Below, piece by piece: positions 19,954 through 29,774 of a stretch of DNA of 64,000 bases. The stretch covers positions 160,001 through 224,000 of the forward strand of contig CAWBQK010000009.1 in NCBI GenBank assembly GCA_963791045.1. Direction: 5' to 3'. A model generated the notes under the pieces. The model had not been told where the DNA came from and ran no database searches. It saw nothing but the letters and a program-made list of their open reading frames with translations. This stretch comes from Candidatus Latescibacterota bacterium (GTDB taxonomy: Bacteria > Krumholzibacteriota > Krumholzibacteriia > WVZY01). The position numbers and the translations under genes were made by a program. The number at the start of each line of letters is the position of its first letter. Position 1 is the stretch's first letter.

Positions 19954-21003
19954 ATGAAATACAAACTCCTGGGCCGAAGCGGTCTTCGCGTATCGGAACT
20001 CGCCCTGGGCACGATGACATTTGGCGAGGAGTGGGGGTGGGGCGCGTCGCGCGAAGAGAGCCAAAAGATGTTCGACGCCTTCGCCGACGCCGGAGGTAAT
20101 TTCATCGACACGGCGAATCGCTACACCGAAGGCACCAGCGAAAAGTATGTCGGCGAATTTATCGCGGCCGACCGCGAGCACTTTGTCGTCGCGACCAAGT
20201 ACACACTCTTTACGCGCCGTGAAGATCCCAACGCATGCGGCAACCACCGCAAGAACATGGTCCAGGCGGTCGAAGCAAGCCTCAAACGGCTCGGTACCGA
20301 ATACATCGATCTCTTCTGGCTGCACGCATGGGATTTCACCACACCGGTCGACGAAGTGATGCGGGCGTTCGACGATCTCGTCCGCGCGGGAAAGGTTCTC
20401 TACATCGGAGTCTCCGACACACCGGCGTGGATCGTTTCACAGGCGAACATGCTTGCCGACCTGCGTGGGTGGACGCCTTTCGTCGGCCTTCAGATCCGTT
20501 ACAGCCTCCTGGACCGTACTGCCGAGTCCGATCTTCTACCGATGGCAAGGGCGCTCGATATCGGCGTGACGCCGTGGAGTGTTCTTGGAGCCGGTGTCCT
20601 CACGGGAAAGTACAATCGCGCGAATCCTCCGAAAGAGGGACGGGCGAAGGACGGTGCCGCCAAGATCGATCGCAACCTCAAAATCGCAAACGAGGTCATG
20701 ACGGTCGCCAAGGAACTCGACTGCACTCCTTCGCAGGTGGCAATCAGCTGGGTCGATCAACAGCCCGGGCAGATCGTTCCGATTCTCGGCGGACGTAATC
20801 TCAAGCAGCTAAAAAACAACCTGGGCTCGCTCGACGTCACACTCTCTCCTGATCACATGAAGAAACTCGACGAAGCCAGCCGGGTCGACCTCGGGTTCCC
20901 TCACAATTTTCTCAATGAGGATAATATACGCGACATCGTCTATGGCGGAACCTACGACAAGATTCACAACCACAGGCGGCGGTGGTCAGGAGAGTCGTTT
21001 TAG
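19954..21003 (+). CDS. Aldo/keto reductase
   Basis: LGRSGLRVSELALGTMTFG, FIDTANRY, ATKY, SLKRLGTEYIDL..LH. Confidence 0.95.
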   Translation: MKYKLLGRSGLRVSELALGTMTFGEEWGWGASREESQKMFDAFADAGGNFIDTANRYTEGTSEKYVGEFIAADREHFVVATKYTLFTRREDPNACGNHRKNMVQAVEASLKRLGTEYIDLFWLHAWDFTTPVDEVMRAFDDLVRAGKVLYIGVSDTPAWIVSQANMLADLRGWTPFVGLQIRYSLLDRTAESDLLPMARALDIGVTPWSVLGAGVLTGKYNRANPPKEGRAKDGAAKIDRNLKIANEVMTVAKELDCTPSQVAISWVDQQPGQIVPILGGRNLKQLKNNLGSLDVTLSPDHMKKLDEASRVDLGFPHNFLNEDNIRDIVYGGTYDKIHNHRRRWSGESF

Positions 21004-22975
21004 AGGAAGCACGGCGGCAAGCACGAGAACAAGCCAGCCAATAATTGAAATCATACCCGGCCAAAGAGGCGGGCTGAACTCCAGCGTAAGATTGTGATTT
21101 CCCGGCGGGATCCATTTGACCTGCATGAGCCCCGACCGACCGACGCCAAGCTCGGCGCCTTCAATTCCCTCTGCTTTCCAAAACGGGTGGTACGCGACCT
21201 TCGCAAGAAGCGACGTCCCGTTGTCGTCCGTTTTGACGTTCGCCTCGATCCGTCCCGTTGCGTACTCGGTGACATCGATGGCGGCGTTTCCGTCCAGGGG
21301 TTCGATCCACCCGGGGGCGGCGTCGGGCGCGGCTCCGCGGCCGACCGCGAATACGGTGAACCGCCCGATCTCCGCGAGCCGCTCGAACACACCAGCGCTG
21401 TTTATCCGCGCGGCGAGGACCGGGTTCGCCACGACCAGGTGCGTGGCGTTTGTCATCCGCATGCGCGCCTGTAGTTCGGCGATGTGCTCTTCGCGCGTCA
21501 CCCTCATACCGTAGAGCAAATCGATCTGCCCCATCACCCAGGTCTTTGACTTAAAAGGAACGACGCCGTAGTACGGGACCGAGCTGGCGGACACCGGCTT
21601 CGTGAGCGGTCAGTGAAAGCACATGCGACCGCGCGAGTTCCGCGTTCTCCGGTGGCGTCATGAAGGTATCCTGGAGATACACCCGACCCCAGTCGCCGCT
21701 TTTGTTTTTATCGAGCCACGTCCAGAGCGCGCGGACGTCGGTCATTTCTCTGCTGTTCTTCTTTGGCGACGCCGCGCGAAGCGGCGCACCCCACCAGACG
21801 CAGAGACCGACACACACAGCCGCCGACACCCATCGCGCCCAGACACGCCTGGGAACAAGACCGTTATCCGCAAGCGCCGCAAGCAGAGGAATTGCGCCGA
21901 GCGCGAGCCCCAGGCGGACGAAATAGATGAGCCGCCAGCTGACCGGGCCAAAGATCCGCGCGTTCGACGTGGGCGCCACAAAGGCGACGAGAACGAGGAC
22001 GACTAGCGCGGTGAGCAGACCGTAAAGGGTGAATTCGATTTTTCTTCTTCTGCGGAGCGCCGCACCGGCAAACCCCGCCGCGGCTAGAAGCCACATCGGA
22101 ATCGCGTCGATCATCGTGCGCGCGGTCAGACTCGGGGCCTCTCCTTTTACAAGATCGATGATCTCTGTCGGAAAGAGCCAGCGCGCAAACACCATCGCCG
22201 GCGCAAGGTTTTGCGGCGTGAATGTCACGCTTTCCGACGAAAGCGCCATCGGCAACCAGTAAGACGCGGCGGCGAGGAGGCCGGCGACAGCGGCAACGGC
22301 CTGGAAACCGAGTTGTTTGAGGCCGGTTCGTTTGAAAAGCGAGTATGCCAGGTGGATGACGCCGGTGATGGCGAGAGGGACAACAACAAAGAGATGGGTC
22401 GACGCGATCAACCCAACCAGGAGCCCGATCCAAACAAAATCACGGCGCGAGCGAACGGGTTCGATGAGCCGCCGGATGAGAACCAGCCACAACGCGGCGG
22501 CGAGATAGTAGGTCCACATACCGCCGAGCGGAGAACCGAGCCCGACGAGCGACGGGTGCTGAATGAGCAGTACGTACGCGAGGAGACCGGCGAGGACGGG
22601 ACTTAAGCTACGCCTCGCAACATAATAAAGCGCGAGCGGCGGGGCGATAAAGCCGACAAAAAGCATCAGCGCGTACAAAAAACCCGCGGGCAGGCCGAAG
22701 CGCGCGAGCATCCCGAGTGTGCCGTACCAGAAGGGCGAGTGGAGGGTTCCGACCGGAAAACCGCAGAACGCGATGTCCGACCATCCCTGGAACTGTTCTT
22801 CGGCCAGGCTGTGAATCTCGGCGAGATGCGATGAGTTGTCCGCGTATGTGAAGTACCCGCCCGAGAGAATCGGCCACGCGAGAACGAGCGCGGCAAGGAG
22901 CAGAGCGGCAACCGCGATCCGGTCCTCGTTTGCGGATCCTCTTGAGTTCGTGGATGTCGGGTTTTCCCGGGACAC
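20986..22975 (-). CDS. Large membrane protein, YfhO / PTPS-related (GT-C-like) family (frameshift near 21575)
   Basis: Many TMs, DNSSH and GFPVGTLHSP motifs; C-terminal piece has KVAYHPFWKA...GLMQV..PPGNHNLTLEF typical of YfhO ends. Confidence 0.6.
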
Positions 22976-23437
22976 TTACTTTTCGTCCTTCGTCATGGTC
23001 TCTATAAGATCGGGGAGTTTTTCAACAAAAGCCTTTATCTCATCGCGAACCCGGCGGTAATGGCCGAGCGCTTCCTCTTCGGTCTTCGCATCCTTCGCGA
23101 GCGCCGGCGGATCGTCGAACCCCACGTGAATCGTTTTCACATCCGCCCCGAACACCGGACAGCTCTTCCGCGCGTTGTCGCACACCGTGATCACCAAGTC
23201 AAAATGCTCGTCCTTGAATTCGTCCACGTGCGTCGACTGGTGCCCCGAAATATCCACCCCGGCCTCGGCCATCACTTTTACCGCGTTGGGATTGAGGCCG
23301 TGTGTCTCCACGCCGGCGGACGCGGCGTCTACGGAATCGCTTGCAAGTGCCTGCGCCCACCCTTCGGCCATCTGGCTCCGGCACGAGTTGCCCGTGCAGA
23401 GAAAGAGTACCTTGGTTTTGTCGTCGTTCCCCACCAT
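22976..23437 (-). CDS. arsC: Arsenate reductase, LMW-PTP family
   Basis: LFLCTGNSCRSQMAEG, VITVCD..CP, FDDP. Confidence 0.9.
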   Translation of the reverse strand: MVGNDDKTKVLFLCTGNSCRSQMAEGWAQALASDSVDAASAGVETHGLNPNAVKVMAEAGVDISGHQSTHVDEFKDEHFDLVITVCDNARKSCPVFGADVKTIHVGFDDPPALAKDAKTEEEALGHYRRVRDEIKAFVEKLPDLIETMTKDEK

Positions 23438-23566
23438 CGCGGGATTCTCCAATGGACTGGGTTGAACCGGATTGTTGGGTGATTATAGACGGATGCGCAT
23501 GCGGGCTCAAGGACTCCCGTCGGGCTTCCCCGTCGATACCGATGGACTGATTTCCACCCTCCCACT

Positions 23567-25918
23567 ATGATCGAATACCCAAGGAGGTTCATACCAGTGG
23601 CCAGACTCTCATTTCTCATAATAATTGTAATTTGCGCTTCGACGGCCATCGCCGATCCCGGCATCACCACCGTCGATTTTCTCGAAGGCGCAGGAGTTGA
23701 AATCAACGCCGCGGGCCCCGTCCTCGTCCAGATGGATGAAGGCCGCAACCGCCTCGTCGCGGCAAACACGCTGACGTCGTCGATCTCACTTATCGACTGT
23801 GCCTCGCGGGCCGTGAAGAACATCGCGCTCGCCGACCGGGCTCTCCAGCATCTTAAAGCCGAGGCGATGTCGATCAACCGTGCGACCGGCGGGATTTACC
23901 TTATCGGCACACGGTGCGTCCACATCGTCGATCCGGAGAAGGGGTCCGCGCGAACGGTCGAGACCGATGTTCAGTACGAATCAATCGCCATCGATGAAGC
24001 CACGGGCAATGTGTATGTCGCCGGGCGTGAGAGCGCCACGCTTGGTGTTATCAAGCCCGGATCGAAAAAGATCAAACACATCGATTGGCTCGAACACAAA
24101 GAACAGCTGATAAATCTCAACGCGACACCACCGCCCCCAATCAGAAAGGTATTCTGCGATCCCGCGCTCGAACGAGTGATTGCCGTGGACGGGTTCACGT
24201 CGACGCTCCATCTTTTCGATTCCAAAAAAATAAAACACGTGTCGAGCCGCCCGCTGGCGCTGACGAGCGGCGGCCGCTGGCACCTGGGCGGGTACGACAC
24301 GGCCCGGCATCGGCTCTTTGTGGTTGTCGAGACCGACAAGCGCAAAGTCATCGAAGCGATTTCTATCGACATCGTGGAAGACGACGACGTGGTGGTCGCG
24401 CTACCGGAATACACCGAGGGTGTCGGTGTTATCTACAACCCCAAACGAGGGGACGTTTACATCCCGTATGACAACCAGGCGTCGGTTCACGTGGCCGGGT
24501 TCGAGAACGGCGGAACTCTGGACGAGATATTGATACCCACGTTTGGCAATGACGCGAGCGCTATCAACCTCGAACGCGATCTCTTGTACGTGGCCAGCTG
24601 GGCACAGGGCGAAGTCGATGTGATCGATCTCAAATCGAGGACTCTCGTTAAACGGATCGAGAATCTCGGAATTATCCCGCACATGTTTACGATGGCCTTC
24701 AACCCGGCAAACAACCGGATCTACTATTCAAAAGGAGCGTCGGCGGTCAACGGCACCTTTGGCGCGGCGGTCACCGAACTCGATCCCGAGACCGAGGAGA
24801 CGACAAAAATACGAACGGGTTGGGCGCCCATCGACCTCGTCGAGGTTCCCGACAGGGGCGAGTTTTTTGTGTTCAACTCGGAGAACCAGTTCGCCGTCGT
24901 GAGACCCGACGGATCGTATGATGTCCACGACCTGCCGTTTGATTATCCCGTGTGCGCCGCGCTCAACAACGTTGGAGATATCTATCTGTCGTACGGCCCG
25001 CATCAGTCGTACTGGCCGACGGTGTATATCTGGGGCGCCCGGAACGGCATACTATCCATCGATCCCGCAACCCTCGAATTCTACGACCGGCGAATCCCGC
25101 GGCAGGCGCAGCGGATGGTGATAGGCGGCGACGGCGTGGCGTATTTCCCGCAGAACAACTGGGGCAAGGAAGAGCAATTTATCGGAACGCTCGAAGACGG
25201 CGTCCGTCTCTTTGATATCAACAAGAGAGTTCATCTCGTGGATGAGGTTCAGCGTGAAATCACACAACGAATTCTCGAGTATGATGCCGATTTGAACCGG
25301 CTCTACCTGGTTCGCATCGGCGAAACGGATGATGAGCGCGGGATGTTGTTTATCGTAGACCCTGTTGAGAAAAAAGTCGTCGAGCGTGTACCGCTCGGGC
25401 TCACGACAACCGACCTCATTTTTGATAACGAGAATATCTACGCGGCCAATTTCGACTCGGGGAATGTGTCGGTGATCGACAAGCGAACCTTCGCGTCCAC
25501 TGAACTGCCAACCGGCGAAAAACCGCTCAAGCTCCGCGGGGTTGCCGGGACCGTCTATGCAATCGATCACAACGGACACACGCTTCACGAAGTCCGCGAG
25601 GGCGGCAAACACTACAGAATCCCCGGCAAGGGATATCCGGACAATCTTTTTGCGTGGCGCGGCAAGGTTGTCGTTACCTCTCACAGCGCGGACAAACTCG
25701 ATGTCTCTTTGTTCGATCCGGAGAGCCGTTCGTTCGACAGCCTCCACAAAATCGAGTACCCGTACGGAAACACCCGTTTCGACACGGCCAACGTGTCCTT
25801 CTTTGTCCGTGGACAATATGGCGATGTCGTTTTTGAAATCACGCGCGCCCTTATCGACAAAGACGACCGCCTGTGGATCACCGATTTTCTCTCGGGCAAA
25901 CTCTTCATCATCGAGTAA
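23567..25918 (+). CDS. Exported YncE/YVTN-like double beta-propeller protein
   Basis: Signal peptide; repeated blades such as LVAANTLTSSISLID, LYVASWAQGEVDVID, IYAANFDSGNVSVID. Confidence 0.65.
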   Translation: MIEYPRRFIPVARLSFLIIIVICASTAIADPGITTVDFLEGAGVEINAAGPVLVQMDEGRNRLVAANTLTSSISLIDCASRAVKNIALADRALQHLKAEAMSINRATGGIYLIGTRCVHIVDPEKGSARTVETDVQYESIAIDEATGNVYVAGRESATLGVIKPGSKKIKHIDWLEHKEQLINLNATPPPPIRKVFCDPALERVIAVDGFTSTLHLFDSKKIKHVSSRPLALTSGGRWHLGGYDTARHRLFVVVETDKRKVIEAISIDIVEDDDVVVALPEYTEGVGVIYNPKRGDVYIPYDNQASVHVAGFENGGTLDEILIPTFGNDASAINLERDLLYVASWAQGEVDVIDLKSRTLVKRIENLGIIPHMFTMAFNPANNRIYYSKGASAVNGTFGAAVTELDPETEETTKIRTGWAPIDLVEVPDRGEFFVFNSENQFAVVRPDGSYDVHDLPFDYPVCAALNNVGDIYLSYGPHQSYWPTVYIWGARNGILSIDPATLEFYDRRIPRQAQRMVIGGDGVAYFPQNNWGKEEQFIGTLEDGVRLFDINKRVHLVDEVQREITQRILEYDADLNRLYLVRIGETDDERGMLFIVDPVEKKVVERVPLGLTTTDLIFDNENIYAANFDSGNVSVIDKRTFASTELPTGEKPLKLRGVAGTVYAIDHNGHTLHEVREGGKHYRIPGKGYPDNLFAWRGKVVVTSHSADKLDVSLFDPESRSFDSLHKIEYPYGNTRFDTANVSFFVRGQYGDVVFEITRALIDKDDRLWITDFLSGKLFIIE

Positions 25919-25988
25919 AAACCTGACGAGATCGGGCCGCCCGCGGGGCGGCCCATTCCCCCTCCACTTCCCCGAAAAAAAGGACTGG

Positions 25989-26024
25989 ACTCTTATAGGA
26001 GTGTTGTGATACTCTTATTAGAGC
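25989..26024. promoter_or_regulatory. Two near-palindromic boxes upstream of tauE
   Basis: ACTCTTATAGGAGT (25989-26002) and ACTCTTATTAGAGC (26011-26024), 22 bp start to start. Confidence 0.45.
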
Positions 26025-26087
26025 CTAACAAGAGCGAAATCCGGGCTCCGCACTGGCGGAGACAGGCACTCAACCGGTTTAATTGCA

Positions 26088-27044
26088 ATGGCTTACACCT
26101 CTTCGCCGAGGAGATCCGCCGTGGTTGAGAGATTTGCACCAGAGAGTATCCACCCCCCTCACCGGAATCTGGAGTTTGCCCGTCGATTTCAGCTTTGGAT
26201 TTTCGCCGTCATCGTGGTTCTCGCGCTCCTCATCGGTAACACGATCCGGCCCGATCTGTTTCCGTTATCCGGTCACCACGCGGTTCTCGCACCCATCACC
26301 ATTCTTCTCCTTTTCTTCTCGGCTCTGGTCTGCGAGTACGTCGACTCGAGCCTCGGAATGGGGTACGGAACAACCCTTACGCCGCTTCTTCTCCTGGCCG
26401 GGTTCGAGCCGCTGCAGATCGTACCGGCGGTGCTCCTGAGCGAATTTGTTTCCGGAATGGGCGCGGCGGTGATGCACCAACGCGACGGCAATGTTGATTT
26501 TCTGCACGACGCGCGTGCACGCAAGATCGCACTCCTGCTCTCGGCGCTCAGTATTGTCGGCGCGGCGGCCGCCGTCGCCGTTGCGGTAAGCATATCCAAG
26601 TTCTGGCTGACCCTCTTTATCGCGTCGATCATCCTCTCCGTCGGTGTCGTCATTGTCGCGACAAGCCGGCGAAGACTCGCATACAAGCAGGGGCACATTA
26701 TCGTGCTCGGCGCGATTGCTGCTTTCAACAAAGCGCTCAGCGGCGGCGGATACGGACCGCTGGTTACGGGCGGACAGGTCGTGTCGGGGATTTCGGCGAA
26801 GCAGGCGGTCGCGATCACATCGCTCGCCGAGAGCCTCACATGTTTTGTCGGGCTCGTGATCTATTCCATCGTCAAGGGCATGCCCGACTGGTGGCTCGCC
26901 ATTCCATTGACGCTAGGCGCCGCTCTTTCGGTGCCGATGGCCACACTCACCGTGCGTAAACTTCCCGAAAAGTTTGTTCGCACCAGCATTGGGTTCGCTA
27001 CGCTTTTGCTCGGCACATTGACACTGATCAAGCTTTTCACATAG
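26088..27044 (+). CDS. TauE/SafE family sulfite exporter
   Basis: DSSLGMGYGTTLTP and FNKALSGGGYGP repeats, multiple TMs. Confidence 0.85.
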   Translation: MAYTSSPRRSAVVERFAPESIHPPHRNLEFARRFQLWIFAVIVVLALLIGNTIRPDLFPLSGHHAVLAPITILLLFFSALVCEYVDSSLGMGYGTTLTPLLLLAGFEPLQIVPAVLLSEFVSGMGAAVMHQRDGNVDFLHDARARKIALLLSALSIVGAAAAVAVAVSISKFWLTLFIASIILSVGVVIVATSRRRLAYKQGHIIVLGAIAAFNKALSGGGYGPLVTGGQVVSGISAKQAVAITSLAESLTCFVGLVIYSIVKGMPDWWLAIPLTLGAALSVPMATLTVRKLPEKFVRTSIGFATLLLGTLTLIKLFT

Positions 27045-27072
27045 AGAACTCCCGGAACACGCCCGAAAAAAG

Positions 27073-27116
27073 AAAACGCCCGCGGGTCTGGATCGTCGAT
27101 CTTCCGCGGGCGTTTT
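27073..27116. terminator. Bidirectional terminator
   Basis: AAAACGCCCGCGG...CCGCGGGCGTTTT between convergent genes. Confidence 0.75.
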
Positions 27117-27163
27117 GAGATCCGTGCGGCGGACCTCATCTCTATTATTGTGCGTGAGCGCGG

Positions 27164-28051
27164 CTACCGAACGAGCATCGCTTTGGCAAACGCTCCGTGG
27201 AGGCGGCCGATGAGCTTGGCCACGTGCATCGTGAGAAGCAGCCACAACACACCCACAACCACCATGAACGGCACCAACCAGTCCGGCGCGTAGTATGACG
27301 AATGCCCCGCGTGTACTATCGGCACATCGAAGCCCCACTGGACGACAGGCATAAGCACTCCCGCCAAACCGAACGCGATCATCGTAACCAGAACGGTGAA
27401 GTAGATAATCCCGAGAGGCATCTGGAGAATCATGTATATCATCGCAAACCACGGACGCGAATCCAGCACCAACGCTTTGAAGCGACTCCAGAATCCGTCG
27501 TGTTTCTTTGTGAACAAGGGACGCCGTGGCATCCGCACGCCGAGAAGCGCCTCGACGATCCGTCCTTCCACGAGGGTTATGCCTCGGATCGACAAAAAGA
27601 AAAGAGCGACAAAAGGCAGTCCAATGATGAGGATGATCAGACCCGCCGCGAGGGACAAACCCGACACAACCCATGTAAAATAGAAAATCCCCGTCGCCAT
27701 CGCGATGAGCATGTACACGAGCGCGCCGTATGCGTGCGGATCGATGAACACACCAAAAAACTTTGCGGCCAACGACCGTTCGCCCGTGCTTTTGCGCGGA
27801 GCCAGGGGCGGTCCGACGCGGGCTTCGATCTGTGTGTAGGCGGCCGCGATATCGGCCGGCGCCCCGAACTCTTCCACAACCTGTGCGAGGGCATCCGCGT
27901 GATTCAATTCCGGGTGAGCGGAGGCCAGCTGATCGACGCCGTCTCTCAGATATTCCTCGGCATCGGCGAGCGCATCCTGGATCGTCGCCGGATCGCTTCC
28001 GGTTAGAGCCTGTCTGAGCTGACCGAGATATTTCTCGATACCGTTAGTCAT
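27164..28051 (-). CDS. HAAS/DUF1700-like N-domain plus putative sensor membrane domain
   Basis: IEKYLGQLRQAL...EFGAPADIAAAY followed by TM region GIFYFTWVVSGLSL; downstream of padR. Confidence 0.75.
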   Translation of the reverse strand: MTNGIEKYLGQLRQALTGSDPATIQDALADAEEYLRDGVDQLASAHPELNHADALAQVVEEFGAPADIAAAYTQIEARVGPPLAPRKSTGERSLAAKFFGVFIDPHAYGALVYMLIAMATGIFYFTWVVSGLSLAAGLIILIIGLPFVALFFLSIRGITLVEGRIVEALLGVRMPRRPLFTKKHDGFWSRFKALVLDSRPWFAMIYMILQMPLGIIYFTVLVTMIAFGLAGVLMPVVQWGFDVPIVHAGHSSYYAPDWLVPFMVVVGVLWLLLTMHVAKLIGRLHGAFAKAMLVR

Positions 28052-28418
28052 TCTCATTTCCTTTCAGCGTCGAATCCACGAATGTTTTTGTTTGATCCCA
28101 GATCTCCACCCAGCGGTTGAGGGCTTCGCGCCCCTCGTCAATGATCGTGTAATAACGCCGCGGCGGACCGGACACCGACGGTTCGATCCTGCTCTCGAGA
28201 AAACCGTTGTTCTCGAGCGATCTGAGCACGGGATAAAGCGAGCCGTGCTTCATTATCGGAATATTCACCGCGGTTTTCTCGATCCGCTTGGCGATCTGAT
28301 ACCCGTACATCGGCTCCGTTGCACGGTCCAGGACACTGAGAAGCACGAGGGACACGGTCCCCGCGTTCAGCTCCTTCTGGAATTTCTTGCTCGCCGGATT
28401 GGTATCGTTCACTGTCAT
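28044..28418 (-). CDS. PadR family transcriptional regulator
   Basis: PMYGYQI, GSLYPVLRSLE, GPPRRYY. Confidence 0.92.
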   Translation of the reverse strand: MTVNDTNPASKKFQKELNAGTVSLVLLSVLDRATEPMYGYQIAKRIEKTAVNIPIMKHGSLYPVLRSLENNGFLESRIEPSVSGPPRRYYTIIDEGREALNRWVEIWDQTKTFVDSTLKGNEND

Positions 28419-28531
28419 GTCACCTTTCCTCATGTCGAACGCTTCCCCATCTCATTCGTGGGGCTTATGTGTCCGCCGCGCCGGCGGTGGGGTCTCGAAT
28501 AGTATGAATTTGCCTATATGTCTCATTTGCC

Positions 28532-28551
28532 AATACTCACTAGTTAGTATT
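28532..28551. promoter_or_regulatory. Palindromic operator, probable PadR autoregulatory site
   Basis: AATACT-C-ACTAGT-T-AGTATT, a near-perfect 20-bp palindrome in the AT-rich region upstream of padR, beside a minus-strand TTGACT. Confidence 0.6.
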
Positions 28552-28806
28552 ACTACTAACTATCACATTAGTCAAGAGCAAAATTTGTTGATTTGACACA
28601 GCCGCGCCCGACAAGTCCCCTTGTCATCCTGTAACCGTCTCAAAATAAATGGGATAACCATGAATTTTTTTGAACCCCAGCACGTATTTTTCCCGTAGAA
28701 TAGTCTATGGGTCGCCCCGGCGGGCTCGCGGAGATTCGAAATCCCGCCCGGGTATCCCCCCCACAACCTGTTATGTCACGCAGAATCGTATAAAGGGAGG
28801 AACACC

Positions 28807-29771
28807 ATGATCAATCACCGTCCGGGTATCGCCCGGCATGTGCTCGTCTGTCTTCTCGCCATCGCCGTCCTGGGGATCGGCGCCGCCGGCGTTCTCGCCA
28901 AGGACAAGGCGCCCGATCTCGATAAGCTCTCCGAGGAATATGACAAAGCCCACGAAAAGGGCGACTACGTAAAAGCGCTCGAAATCGCCGAGCAGATGGT
29001 CGACGTAACCTGGCCCATACACATCGACGCGCTTTACAAGGTTGCGGCGATGCAGTGCAAGAACGGCAAAAAAGATGAAGCCTACGAGTGGCTCGAATTC
29101 CTCTTCGATTCCGGGTACGGGATGTTCCACGAGATGAAAAAGGACGAGGACTTCGCGCTCGTACAAGACGACGCCCGTTTCAAGAAGATGGTCCGTTCGA
29201 CATGGTCGCGCCGTTATCTCGAGATGCTCGAGCGCGCAGAGCGTGATGATTTCCAAAAACCCAAAGAAGTTATGGAGGCGCTTGCCATTAAACCCGGCGA
29301 GAAGGTCGCCGACATCGGCGCCGGCTCGGGTTACTTTACCATTCCGATCGCCAAAGCCGTCGGTGACGAAGGGGTCGTGTGGGCGATCGATATCCGAAAA
29401 GAAATGCTCAATTACATCGAGGGCCGCCTGATCGACGAAGATCTCGAGAACGTCCGCCTTCAGCTCGTCGACAAGGACGACCCGCAGCTCCCGCAGGGCA
29501 AGGTGGACACGATCCTCATGGTCAACACCTGGCACTACATCCGCGATCCTGAGTACGCCAAAAAACTCGCCGCGGGTCTCGCGCCCGGCGGCCGTGTGAT
29601 CATTATCGACTACATTCCCAAACCGTGGTCGGAGCGTCCATGGGGTCCGCCCGAGTCGCAGCACACGTCGCGCGAAGAACTCGACGGACACTTCGCCGAA
29701 GCGGGACTCAAGGTATCAAATCGCACGACTTCCTCACCGAACAGTACTTTGTCGAATACGGGGCGGAATAA
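28807..29771 (+). CDS. Signal-peptide-bearing TPR-like plus class I SAM-dependent methyltransferase (C-terminal frameshift near 29715)
   Basis: VADIGAGSGYF, WAIDI, LAPGGRVIIID; alternate frame ends KSHDFLTEQYFVEYGAE*. Confidence 0.8.
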
Positions 29772-29774
29772 CCG

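Noticed and set aside
26011-26087. Possible SAM-I riboswitch before tauE (CTCTTAT start)
   Set aside because: Lacks the ATCAAGAG, GGCAACC and GGTGC core elements and is too short
28709-28765. tRNA-like fragment (GGCGGGCTCGCGGAGATTCGAA)
   Set aside because: No cloverleaf or paired T-arm on either strand; just a GC hairpin in a 5' region
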